This document shows, piece by piece, positions 27,471 to 36,858 of a stretch of DNA of 64,000 nt (within the stretch, counting starts at the first letter, position 1; each line of letters begins with the position of its first letter). Below the pieces are notes generated by a model. The model did no database searches, was not told the origin of the DNA, and saw only the letters and a list, made by a program, of their open reading frames with translations. The position numbers were made by a program, and so were the translations under genes. Origin of the DNA: Fidelibacterota bacterium (lineage in GTDB: Bacteria; Fidelibacterota; Marinisomatia; Marinisomatales; UBA1611). The stretch is from NCBI GenBank assembly GCA_018649625.1, contig JABIHN010000044.1:9035-73034 (forward strand), given 5' to 3'.

Positions 27471-29879
27471 TTAAAACTGTTGTCCAAAAGTAAGTGTGGT
27501 TTTCCAATCTGGTTCTAATTCGCCATATTGATTGACTCGATCAAAACCATATCCAATATCAAACCCTAACATTCCAATCATGGGCATAAAAAATCGAATT
27601 CCTGCACCAGCAGATCGCTTCATATCAAATGGGCCACTCCGCGGAAGACTTAATCTTTCCATAAGATCGGTGGATGACCAAACATTTCCCATTTCCGCAA
27701 ATACTATCCCGTAAACTACAGGATTTTCTGCGAAGGGAACCCGAAATTCTGTTCCAAATTTAACCAATGTATTTCCTCCAATAGGACTTCCCGATAATGT
27801 TAATGGCCCCACACGGTTATCATCATATCCACGTAATGGATTTCCATAAGGAATACCATTTCCTCCCATGATAAATCTATCATTCCACGGTATAAATGAT
27901 CGATCTCCTGCATTAGCTGGTAATTCTGCGACTACCCCAATTTTCATAGAATTCATTAATACGAATTTCCAAAATGTGGGTGTATACCATTCTAATTTCA
28001 ATACATGCTTATGAAAATTTTCTTGACCGCCCAATATTCCACCTGACAGAGTAGATTTCATTGAAAAGGATGAACCCATTGTTGAAAACTCTGGATGGTC
28101 TCGACTATCTCGTCGAATTGTTTGAGAAAAAGTGATTCCATCAGATTGTTGTAAACCGCCAGCATATCTGTCTAAATCTGCCTGACTACCATCATATACT
28201 TTTCGAACAACCTGAAAAGACCAAGAGCCTCTGAAAAAATCATCGGGCCATTTAAAAACTTTTCCCCAAGTTAACGATCCACCAGCCATGGTATAATCAA
28301 TGGGTGCTGAATATTGAGACGATCCTCCTCTAAATGTGTAAAATAAAGAAGCACCAAGAAGGTTTTTGGTATCATTAACCATTGGATCTGTAAAACTAAT
28401 ACTTGCCGAGCGGTATTTTGGTCGCGATTGAGTCGTGGAGTATGGATTATACCCGAGGTTAGTTCCAACATTAAAACTCAAATTCAAACTTTGTCCTCTA
28501 CCGCGAAAATTTGGGAGCGCCAATCCACCGCCACCCGTCATACCGTAGGATTGTGTGTAACCCATATTTGCATTAGCTTGCCCTGCGGGTTTTTCTTCCA
28601 CAATAATTTCAAGGTCAACTTTATCTTCTGCGACCGGCACAACATCTGGAACTACATTTGCAAAAAAGTTCAGCATCATAACTTCGCGGTGGCTTCTCAT
28701 TAATCTACCGCGATTAAAAACATCCCCAGGAAAAACACGAAGCTGTCTTCGAATCACATTTTCTCGAGTTCGCGTGTTACCCTTGATTACAATTTGATTG
28801 ATATATACCTTATGGTTTTCAGTAATAACAAAATGAATATCTAATGAATCATCTCCAACAGGTGTGATAGCTGGATCAATTCGACTATAGATATATCCAC
28901 GATCCATATATAAACCCTGAACACGATCAAATACAGCGAGATTAAAATCTTCATCACTGTATTGATCTCCGGATTCTAATCCTAAAGAACGCTGAAGAAC
29001 TTTTTCTTCAAAAAGAGTCATGCCCTCCCACGAAAAATTTCTGTATTTATACTGAGTACCTTCATCAACAGTTACAACTAAATCCAATTGTTTTTTATTT
29101 GGATTAAATTGAACTGTATCACTAACAATCCTGAAATCTCTATATCCCTTATTTCGATAAAATGTTGATACAAGATTTAAATCTTCATCAAATTTTTTCT
29201 CGTCGAATGTAGAACGCCAAAACATAAACCAACGTTGCTGTTTTGTTTCCTTCATTTTCCATCTAAGTCTTAAATCGGAATAGGTATCATTGCCTTCAAA
29301 TACAATATCACCAATTTTAATTTTATCATTTTCATTGATATTAAAAACAACATTTCTAACAAGATCTTTTGCTTTCCCGCCAAACAAAGTTGATTCTTCT
29401 TCTGGAGCAGATAAAGTCGCTTCTACTTCAGCATTTAAATATCCTTTTTCTGCATATAATTTTTTAATTGTTTCTATCGTAGAATGAAGCGTATTTGGTT
29501 TAATTCGCTGGCCTTTTGCTAAGGTTATTTCATCTTCAAATTTTCTATCTTTTAACTTTTTATTCCCTTCATAAGACAACTCACCCAACACAAAGTTTTC
29601 ATTTACAACAATCGTAAGAGATAACCCGTCTTCTGTTTCATCGTCATATCGTAATTGAATATCTTGAAATAAACCCAATTGCCAAAGTCGTTTAATCGCT
29701 CTTGGGAACTCTGTTGGAGAAATAGTTTGCCCTTGGCGAAGTCCAGCTGTAAAAATAATTGTATTTTTGGATGTAACAACATTTCCTTCTACACTTACCT
29801 TTACTAACTTGATATCAGCATTGGCTTGCTGGGATAACCCAAGGTTTAGAATGAATAATAAACTAAATATTTTTTTCAT
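27471..29879 (-). CDS. bamA: Outer membrane protein assembly factor BamA
   Basis: It has a signal peptide, five POTRA-sized repeats and a C-terminal Omp85 barrel ending '...LTFGQQF'. It is flanked by uppS and skp. Confidence 0.95.
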   Translation of the reverse strand: MKKIFSLLFILNLGLSQQANADIKLVKVSVEGNVVTSKNTIIFTAGLRQGQTISPTEFPRAIKRLWQLGLFQDIQLRYDDETEDGLSLTIVVNENFVLGELSYEGNKKLKDRKFEDEITLAKGQRIKPNTLHSTIETIKKLYAEKGYLNAEVEATLSAPEEESTLFGGKAKDLVRNVVFNINENDKIKIGDIVFEGNDTYSDLRLRWKMKETKQQRWFMFWRSTFDEKKFDEDLNLVSTFYRNKGYRDFRIVSDTVQFNPNKKQLDLVVTVDEGTQYKYRNFSWEGMTLFEEKVLQRSLGLESGDQYSDEDFNLAVFDRVQGLYMDRGYIYSRIDPAITPVGDDSLDIHFVITENHKVYINQIVIKGNTRTRENVIRRQLRVFPGDVFNRGRLMRSHREVMMLNFFANVVPDVVPVAEDKVDLEIIVEEKPAGQANANMGYTQSYGMTGGGGLALPNFRGRGQSLNLSFNVGTNLGYNPYSTTQSRPKYRSASISFTDPMVNDTKNLLGASLFYTFRGGSSQYSAPIDYTMAGGSLTWGKVFKWPDDFFRGSWSFQVVRKVYDGSQADLDRYAGGLQQSDGITFSQTIRRDSRDHPEFSTMGSSFSMKSTLSGGILGGQENFHKHVLKLEWYTPTFWKFVLMNSMKIGVVAELPANAGDRSFIPWNDRFIMGGNGIPYGNPLRGYDDNRVGPLTLSGSPIGGNTLVKFGTEFRVPFAENPVVYGIVFAEMGNVWSSTDLMERLSLPRSGPFDMKRSAGAGIRFFMPMIGMLGFDIGYGFDRVNQYGELEPDWKTTLTFGQQF

Positions 29880-29881
29880 GT

Positions 29882-30631
29882 TTAATTGTTTACCTGTTCG
29901 CTGACTTTTCCAAATCTGCGTTCCCTGGTTTGATAATTTGAAATGGCTTCCATAAGAGCTTCTTCACGAAATGCTGGCCAATAAATAGGAGTCATAAAAA
30001 TTTCCGTATAGGCGCATTGCCATAATAAAAAGTTACTTAAACGGCATTCACCGCTGGTACGAATCAATAAATCTGGATCCGGCATATTAGCAGTTGAAAG
30101 CGATTCAGAGAAAAAAGTTTCATCAATTTCATTTAATTCTAAATTACCTTCTTTTACTTTTCCAGCAATTGTCCGTACTGCTGACACCATTTCTTGCCGG
30201 CTACCATAGTTCAATGCAAGACAGAGGTTTAACCCCGTATTATCTTTCGTTAACTCGACGCCATCTAAAATGCCCCTTCGTGTGGATTTCGGCAGCATTT
30301 CTAATTCTCCAATGGTAGTAAAACGAACATTTTTTTTATGAAGTTCTTTTACTTCAATACTAATAGTTTTTAATAATAAGGTCATGAGCGCGCTGACTTC
30401 TGCGCTTGGACGATTCCAGTTTTCTGTAGAAAAAGTATATAAGGTCAGATATTTCACGCCAATTTCACCACACACTCGAGTGATTTCTCGAACAGAATTG
30501 ATTCCTTCTTTATGTCCAGCAAGTCTCGGATATGAGCGTTCTTTTGCCCAGCGTCCATTTCCATCCATAATGATTGCAATATGGTCAGGAATAGGGCCGT
30601 TGATGATATGTTGATTAAGTGAATGAATCAT
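29882..30631 (-). CDS. uppS: Isoprenyl transferase (undecaprenyl-diphosphate synthase)
   Basis: It has 'HIAIIMDGNGRWA', 'LTLYTFSTENW.RP' and 'DLLIRTSGE.RLSNFLLWQ' motifs. Confidence 0.95.
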   Translation of the reverse strand: MIHSLNQHIINGPIPDHIAIIMDGNGRWAKERSYPRLAGHKEGINSVREITRVCGEIGVKYLTLYTFSTENWNRPSAEVSALMTLLLKTISIEVKELHKKNVRFTTIGELEMLPKSTRRGILDGVELTKDNTGLNLCLALNYGSRQEMVSAVRTIAGKVKEGNLELNEIDETFFSESLSTANMPDPDLLIRTSGECRLSNFLLWQCAYTEIFMTPIYWPAFREEALMEAISNYQTRERRFGKVSEQVNN

Positions 30632-30715
30632 GATGATAAGAAAAAAAGCGAGCGAAATTACCGTTTGCTTTATTCGGATACAACCGAGTTACATTATATC
30701 ATATTTCCTGATTAT

Positions 30716-31822
30716 TTAATCTAAAGATGATAAAAGACCTTTGGCAATTCCATGATAGATTTGTCCCATTGGAGAATCTGGATCTTTTTGTGCAATCGGC
30801 ATACCTTCATCTGTTGATGTCATAATATCAATAGAAATTGGTACTTTACCAAGAAGAGGTACTCCAAGTCTTTCGCTCTCTTTTTCACCACCGCCGGTTT
30901 TAAAAATATCAAGTTTCACTGTGAATTTACCAGATGCGTCAACATCGGCAGTTTCGCCATTGATAGTTATAGACGAAGTATCTCCATCAACTGAACCATC
31001 TAGTACCAATCCTGACATATTTTCAATTACACCTAAAACAGGAGTATTTACTTTTTTAAACATATCCGCGCCTTTGCGAACATCTGCTAACGCAATATCT
31101 TGAGGCGTTGTTACAATTACAGCGCCAGAAATTTGAAGTTTTTGAGTCAGCGTTAATTGTATGTCACCTGTTCCTGGTGGTAAATCTAAAATCATCACAT
31201 CTAGGTCGCCCCACTTTACATCGCGGAAAAATTGTTCTGTCATTCGAGCAACCAACGGACCTCTCCAAATTACCGGAGTTTCATTTCCACTGATAAATCC
31301 GAAACTCATAACTTTCATCCCGTACTTTTCTAAAGGTACCAGCTTTTTATCTTGAGTCATTTCCGGCTGCTCATTCAATCCCAATACAATTGGGAGAGAT
31401 GGACCGTAAATATCAAGATCCAACAAACCGACTTTCTTACCTTGTTGAGCCATAGCACAAGCAAGATTTACAGCAACGGTAGATTTACCTACACCGCCTT
31501 TTCCACTAGCAATTGCAATAATATGATTTACATTTTCAAGCATAGGAGGAGCTTGTTGCTGGGGTTCAATTGGAGGTGCTTGTTGGGGAGCGTCTCCTGA
31601 AATTTCAACTGTAACTGTTTTAAAATGTTCAGACAATGCCTGCTCAACACTATTAATCACTTCCTGCTTTTTCTCTTCGTTCTGAGATGTGATATTCATT
31701 TGCACAGTAACAGAGTCACCATCAATATTGATATCTTTAATCATTCCAAAAGAGACAATATCTCTAGAAAATCCTGGATAATTAATTGATTTTAAAAGTT
31801 CTAATACGTTTTCTTTTTTCAT
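30716..31822 (-). CDS. Mrp/NBP35/ApbC-family P-loop ATPase with an N-terminal DUF59-like domain; CxxC motif absent
   Basis: It has 'ASGKGGVGKST', 'DLPPGTGD' and 'ENMS'. I chose the ATG at 31822 because the ORF-track start at 31852 lies within the upstream terminator hairpin. The whole protein contains only one Cys. Confidence 0.8.
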   Translation of the reverse strand: MKKENVLELLKSINYPGFSRDIVSFGMIKDINIDGDSVTVQMNITSQNEEKKQEVINSVEQALSEHFKTVTVEISGDAPQQAPPIEPQQQAPPMLENVNHIIAIASGKGGVGKSTVAVNLACAMAQQGKKVGLLDLDIYGPSLPIVLGLNEQPEMTQDKKLVPLEKYGMKVMSFGFISGNETPVIWRGPLVARMTEQFFRDVKWGDLDVMILDLPPGTGDIQLTLTQKLQISGAVIVTTPQDIALADVRKGADMFKKVNTPVLGVIENMSGLVLDGSVDGDTSSITINGETADVDASGKFTVKLDIFKTGGGEKESERLGVPLLGKVPISIDIMTSTDEGMPIAQKDPDSPMGQIYHGIAKGLLSSLD

Positions 31823-31834
31823 TGTTTTTCTTAC

Positions 31835-31864
31835 AAAAAAAACGGCTGTCAAAAGACAACCGCT
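31835..31864 (-). terminator. Rho-independent terminator of the ferredoxin gene
   Basis: The minus-strand RNA reads AGCGGUUGUC-uuuu-GACAGCCGU followed by U8. It lies 30 nt downstream of the ferredoxin stop. Confidence 0.7.
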
Positions 31865-31893
31865 TTTATAGGGTTAAAGCTTAAAAGGTAGAT

Positions 31894-32199
31894 TTATCCC
31901 GCGTAATCGCGACCAAACCATTCATAATTCATCTTGATATATTTATTCCATTCTTCTGGAACTTCACTTTCTTCAAAGATAGCCTCAACTGGACATTCCG
32001 GTTCACAGGCTCCACAATCGATACACTCTTCTGGATCAATATAAAGTAAATCTCCATCTTTAGGTTCAAAGCCATCTACTTTTGCTTCAGCTCCGGCACC
32101 TGTTTTATCATAAGGTCCATGAATACAATCGACTGGGCAAACTTCAACACAAGCAGTATCGCATGTTCCTACACAGGGTTCAGCAATAATATATGTCAT
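31894..32199 (-). CDS. Ferredoxin (FdxA-like, two Fe-S cluster motifs)
   Basis: 'MTYIIAEPC...C...C...CPVDCI' and 'CIDCGACEPECPVEAI' with an acidic C-terminal tail resemble 7Fe/2x[4Fe-4S] ferredoxins. Confidence 0.85.
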   Translation of the reverse strand: MTYIIAEPCVGTCDTACVEVCPVDCIHGPYDKTGAGAEAKVDGFEPKDGDLLYIDPEECIDCGACEPECPVEAIFEESEVPEEWNKYIKMNYEWFGRDYAG

Positions 32200-32320
32200 A
32201 TTTGTTCTCCTTTAAATTTTTAAGATAATGTTTAATTCTTGATTGAATAATAAGTCGGAATTTAAATGGAAAAATTACATGTAAAAAATGTTTTGGGATT
32301 AATTTCCATATTAATTATAC

Positions 32321-33520
32321 ATGACAAATTTAACTTCAAATAAAAACTTACCTCTACTTTGGTCGGCCCAAACCATTTCTCAGGCGGGCGATTCTATTTA
32401 TCAACTCGCCTTACTTTGGCTTGTATTAGATATGACAAATTCATCCATAATTACAGGTATTGTGGCCATGAGTGCCTATTTACCCGCATTAATCTTTGGA
32501 CTCTATGCAGGCGTATTTTCGGATAGGTTTAACCGATTGCACCTAATGATCTTTTCAAACGGTGGTCAGGCGATTGTTGTACTCATGATTCCTTTATTTC
32601 TTTGGTACGGATATGATAATGTCTGGATGATTTGTGGATTAGCATTTATTCGGAGTTGTTTCAATACCTTTTTTCAACCGGCATTCAATTCATTTATTCC
32701 CATGCTTTTTCCATCAAATCGTCTTGTAAGAATTAATACTATTTTAGCAACATCGGGACAATTAGCATGGATGATGGGGCCTTTTTTGGCTGGAATTCTT
32801 TTAACCATGGTTTCACTTCCAAGTCTGTTTTTAGTAGATAGTATTTCTTTTCTAATTGGAATCGGGTTACTTCTTTTTATTAAAAAGCCCACTCATATTC
32901 AATCGGTGGAAAACCATAGCCACTGGGTTGAATTGAAGCGAGGATTGTTATATCTCTATAAAAACAAACCAATATTCTGGATGATGAATATTACCTTTAT
33001 TAATAATTTATGTATTATGGGACCTGCAATTGTGGGGTTACCAATATTAGTAAGAAACACGCTTGATGGATCAGCATCTGATTTCGCATTCGTAGAAGGA
33101 AGTATGGCTGTTGGAGCATTATTCGGTTCTTTTCTGGTTTCTAAACTTAATGGAAAAATATTAAATGGGAAAATTTGGGGAATCGGATTATTCTTGGATG
33201 GAATAACATATACTCTAATTTATTGGGTTAGTTCAGTTGAAATGGCAATGGTAATGCTCTTTTTTCACGGCATTGGAATTCCGCTTATTATGGTGAGTCG
33301 AACATCTATTATCCAGGTGCATACTCCAAATAAATTCCATGGACGATTATTTTCAATAGTACATCTTGGTGTGGTAGGTACCACCGCAATTTCTGCCGGA
33401 CTTGTTGGCATTATCACTTCAATTATTTCTGTGAAATTATTATTTATTGGAATTGGAATTGGTGCCGCTTTTTGCGGAATCATTGCACTTTCATTGCCGT
33501 CTATACGAAACATCCAGTAA
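32321..33520 (+). CDS. MFS transporter
   Basis: It has ~12 TM helices and an MFS loop motif 'GVFSDRFNR' between TM2 and TM3. The substrate is unknown. Confidence 0.75.
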   Translation: MTNLTSNKNLPLLWSAQTISQAGDSIYQLALLWLVLDMTNSSIITGIVAMSAYLPALIFGLYAGVFSDRFNRLHLMIFSNGGQAIVVLMIPLFLWYGYDNVWMICGLAFIRSCFNTFFQPAFNSFIPMLFPSNRLVRINTILATSGQLAWMMGPFLAGILLTMVSLPSLFLVDSISFLIGIGLLLFIKKPTHIQSVENHSHWVELKRGLLYLYKNKPIFWMMNITFINNLCIMGPAIVGLPILVRNTLDGSASDFAFVEGSMAVGALFGSFLVSKLNGKILNGKIWGIGLFLDGITYTLIYWVSSVEMAMVMLFFHGIGIPLIMVSRTSIIQVHTPNKFHGRLFSIVHLGVVGTTAISAGLVGIITSIISVKLLFIGIGIGAAFCGIIALSLPSIRNIQ

Positions 33521-33537
33521 ATTAATCCATAAAAATC

Positions 33538-34959
33538 ATGCATAATTATATCGTTATAGACCAAGGCACTTCATCAACTAAGGCATTTTTGTTTAATGCA
33601 AATGGCGTTGTACTTCATACGGAAAAAATAAAACACCATTTATCTCGACCTAAGAAATTTCATGTTGAATGTGATGCCAATTTGATTTTGAATGCTTGTA
33701 CAGACTTGTTTAATAATATGGTAAAAGCATCCGGTAACAACCCTATTAAAAATGTTGGATTAGCTGTTCAGCGATCTACTTTTTTATTTTGGGACAAAAC
33801 TACCTGCGAACCTGTTACTCCCGCATTAAGTTGGCAAGATAGTCGTGCAGAAAAAATTATAAATGATTTATCTGATTACGATGAAAAGTTATGGAATATA
33901 ACAGGCACTCCATTGAGTGCACATTTTGGCGGTCCTAAGTATTTACATTTAATACAAGAGAATCCTGATTTAAAAAAACGTATTCAAAATAATGAACTCT
34001 ATTTTGGCCCCTTAAGTGCATTCTTATCGCAATCCATGACACAAACTCCTGGTGGCGACGAATCTATCGCATGCAGATCTTTACTATATGATATACACTC
34101 AGGAGATTGGTCGAGTTTTGCCTTAGGCCTTTTTAGTATTCATCGAGAAACATTACCCCCATTGGTTCCGGTCCATTATGATTACGGACCTATATTTAAA
34201 ACTGATATCCCACTTTCACTTGTCATCGGTGATCAACAAGCTGCTCTTATTGGGCAAAGAGGATTGAAAACAGGAAGTATTGCAACAAATTTTGGTACAT
34301 CTGGTAGTGTACAGTATAACGGTGGAAAAAGTCCAATAGTTATTCCAGGATTAATTTCCAGTGTTTTATATTCAAATGATACTGAAAAATATTTTATTGT
34401 AGAAGGAACCATCAATGCCTGTAATTCATTATTTCACCACTTAGAAATTATTTTAAATATTCCTCACGAAAAAATGAAATGGAATGAACGAGCAGCCACT
34501 ACAGAAACAGATGGAATTATAATTCCAGGATTTAATGGATTGGCTGCGCCCTATTGGACTTCGGGATTTGATGATATATATCACGACTTAGAGAAAAATT
34601 CAGATCAAAACAAAATTATTCGTGCCGGGATGGAATCCATTGGGTTTTTAGTTAATGATATTTTAGAATGCCTTGAACCAATTATGTCTCAAAAACCGTC
34701 ACTTTTAACCGCGGCCGGAGGTGGAGCTCGATCACCTTTACTCCAATTTATTGCTGATTTAACAGAAATTCCTGTTCGCCATTCAGCTATGAAAGATAGA
34801 ACTGCACTTGGTGTTTACCGTTTATTAAATCCGAATTATAAATCGGATACTTCAAAAAGTATGGATCAGATTTTTTCTCCAAATTCCACAAATAAAATAA
34901 TGAAGAAAAAATTGCAATGGCGGGATGCATTAAAAAATGCAGAAATACTTACGGATTAA
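33538..34959 (+). CDS. FGGY-family carbohydrate kinase (glycerol-kinase-like)
   Basis: It has 'IVIDQGTSSTKAFLF' (phosphate-1), 'QR.T...WD', 'GDQQAALIGQ' and a C-terminal 'GGGA.S..L.Q..AD' motif. At 473 aa it is shorter than canonical GlpK. Confidence 0.75.
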   Translation: MHNYIVIDQGTSSTKAFLFNANGVVLHTEKIKHHLSRPKKFHVECDANLILNACTDLFNNMVKASGNNPIKNVGLAVQRSTFLFWDKTTCEPVTPALSWQDSRAEKIINDLSDYDEKLWNITGTPLSAHFGGPKYLHLIQENPDLKKRIQNNELYFGPLSAFLSQSMTQTPGGDESIACRSLLYDIHSGDWSSFALGLFSIHRETLPPLVPVHYDYGPIFKTDIPLSLVIGDQQAALIGQRGLKTGSIATNFGTSGSVQYNGGKSPIVIPGLISSVLYSNDTEKYFIVEGTINACNSLFHHLEIILNIPHEKMKWNERAATTETDGIIIPGFNGLAAPYWTSGFDDIYHDLEKNSDQNKIIRAGMESIGFLVNDILECLEPIMSQKPSLLTAAGGGARSPLLQFIADLTEIPVRHSAMKDRTALGVYRLLNPNYKSDTSKSMDQIFSPNSTNKIMKKKLQWRDALKNAEILTD

Positions 34960-35282
34960 TAAAGTTAATTTGAATTTGATTTAAAAGTTTAAATTGCTTT
35001 GATTCTGTTTTTATAACTATATTTTTTAAGTGAATATTATATATTACTTACGGAGAACTTCAAAAAATATATAATTTAATTTAAAAATCAATTACGCCAT
35101 ATAACAACGTGTGTTCATGAGAATAATGAAAGTAATATGACGACTTTTACGCCGGATATTTACTGTTGGAGCGGACGATGTTCGTCCACTATACCATAAA
35201 ATAATTCACTTAATATTTTAATTTATTTACCCGATTTTTTATCATAATGAGCGTAAAAAAAATATCCGGTTTAAATTTTTGA

Positions 35283-36626
35283 TTATTTCGCCAAAGCGCC
35301 CATGGGATCCCACGGCTTTAATGGAATTGCTTCACTTGTTTCAAAAAGTTTAACCAAATCGTCAGGCAAACAAGATTTATGAACAACCACTTCATAGTTA
35401 TATTCATCAAACCATACATCTGTCATAATGTGATACCCTTTGCTTCCACCTTTATTCCCCCAACTATTTTCGACTCTCCATTTAGTTGCATTTCCATCAG
35501 AATCCAAATCGACACCTGTGAATAACATTGCATGGGTCATTTGGCTATCTCCATATTCTAATCTTGCTGCCTTATCCATGCCAAATTTTGTTCCATAGAA
35601 TGAATCAAAGTCAAAAAGTTCTATATCCATCACGCCCAAATCACGATGAAAATGTTTGCTTACATCGCACCCAAACCAAACTGGATCACCATTTTTTAAT
35701 GAATTTATAGCGACTTGTTTCATCACACTACTTTCTACATTTAAATATCTGATTTCATTTCCTTCCACTACGTTGCCTAAAAACTCTACTGTATAAACTT
35801 TATCATATTCTTTATCACTCATAGGACAATTAATCAAACAAACATACTCATCCAAATTGAGTCCAACATGTTCTTTGTAAAATGAGTGTGGCGTTAGGTT
35901 TTTAAATTTCAAAAACTTCTTATCCTTATCTCGCACCTGCCAATCAAATGATTCAGGAGGTGTGCCTAAGTGGATTGTGAGCATTTGATAGACTTCACTC
36001 AACATATCTGTTTTAAGAGATTGTAATTCTGAATCAGTCGAATCATTTTGTGCCGCTTCTCTAAGTTTCTTTGCAAATTCACGAAGTTTTCGAGTAATCA
36101 TTCGATTCATTCTCATGGATTTGCTGGATGAATATGATTCAGGCATTTCTGACTGCGGAACCACACCATATTTATTTATTAGATTCACCCACATATCCCA
36201 CTGTCCACCATCCTGAATTGGATTATCCAAAAGGTGCATCACAAGCCGACTGCTCCAATCTTTATCTGCGGTTTTTAAAATGGATTCTAAAAAATAATTA
36301 GATTTTTCTAATTTATCCCAAAACATAAAGTAACTCTGAGAGAATTGAAAATCTTTCAAATTGTGTTTTCGACCTAAATAGATTCTAAAAAGATTTAACC
36401 CTGCAAATCCCCAACAGCGTCCACTAGATTTTTGATTAGTCACAGGCATTTCTCCTGAAACTATTTCAGAAAATGAATGATCTAATTTTCGAAAATGCTC
36501 CCAATCCATGGTTAGTTCAATGACATCATTTCTAATTGAAGCATTTCGAGCAAGCCTTAATTTGGAATTATCTAAAGTGCTTTTTTTAAATTTATCTAAG
36601 GTGGTTTTTAATAGATTATGACTCAT
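35283..36626 (-). CDS. pepC: Aminopeptidase C / bleomycin hydrolase (C1B cysteine peptidase)
   Basis: It has 'NQKSSGRCWGFA' (catalytic Cys), 'THAM.F.G' (His) and 'W.VENSWG' (Asn). The size and C-terminal tail are typical of PepC. Confidence 0.9.
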   Translation of the reverse strand: MSHNLLKTTLDKFKKSTLDNSKLRLARNASIRNDVIELTMDWEHFRKLDHSFSEIVSGEMPVTNQKSSGRCWGFAGLNLFRIYLGRKHNLKDFQFSQSYFMFWDKLEKSNYFLESILKTADKDWSSRLVMHLLDNPIQDGGQWDMWVNLINKYGVVPQSEMPESYSSSKSMRMNRMITRKLREFAKKLREAAQNDSTDSELQSLKTDMLSEVYQMLTIHLGTPPESFDWQVRDKDKKFLKFKNLTPHSFYKEHVGLNLDEYVCLINCPMSDKEYDKVYTVEFLGNVVEGNEIRYLNVESSVMKQVAINSLKNGDPVWFGCDVSKHFHRDLGVMDIELFDFDSFYGTKFGMDKAARLEYGDSQMTHAMLFTGVDLDSDGNATKWRVENSWGNKGGSKGYHIMTDVWFDEYNYEVVVHKSCLPDDLVKLFETSEAIPLKPWDPMGALAK

Positions 36627-36858
36627 TTATTTATTCCCTTTGTGGATAATTAGGATGGAAATTAATCAAAGATTGTTTCTATTAATAATTTTGATTTCAA
36701 TTAATAATGATAAGGTTGGTAGAGCCTTTATTAACTAAAGAAACTATGTCAATTATTTCATTTTTGTTTATATCTAATCATTTAAAAAAACTCTAAAAAA
36801 ACTGGATACAGTTTTCTTTCCCATAACTTTCAATAAGTCCGTGATAAATAGTTTATTT

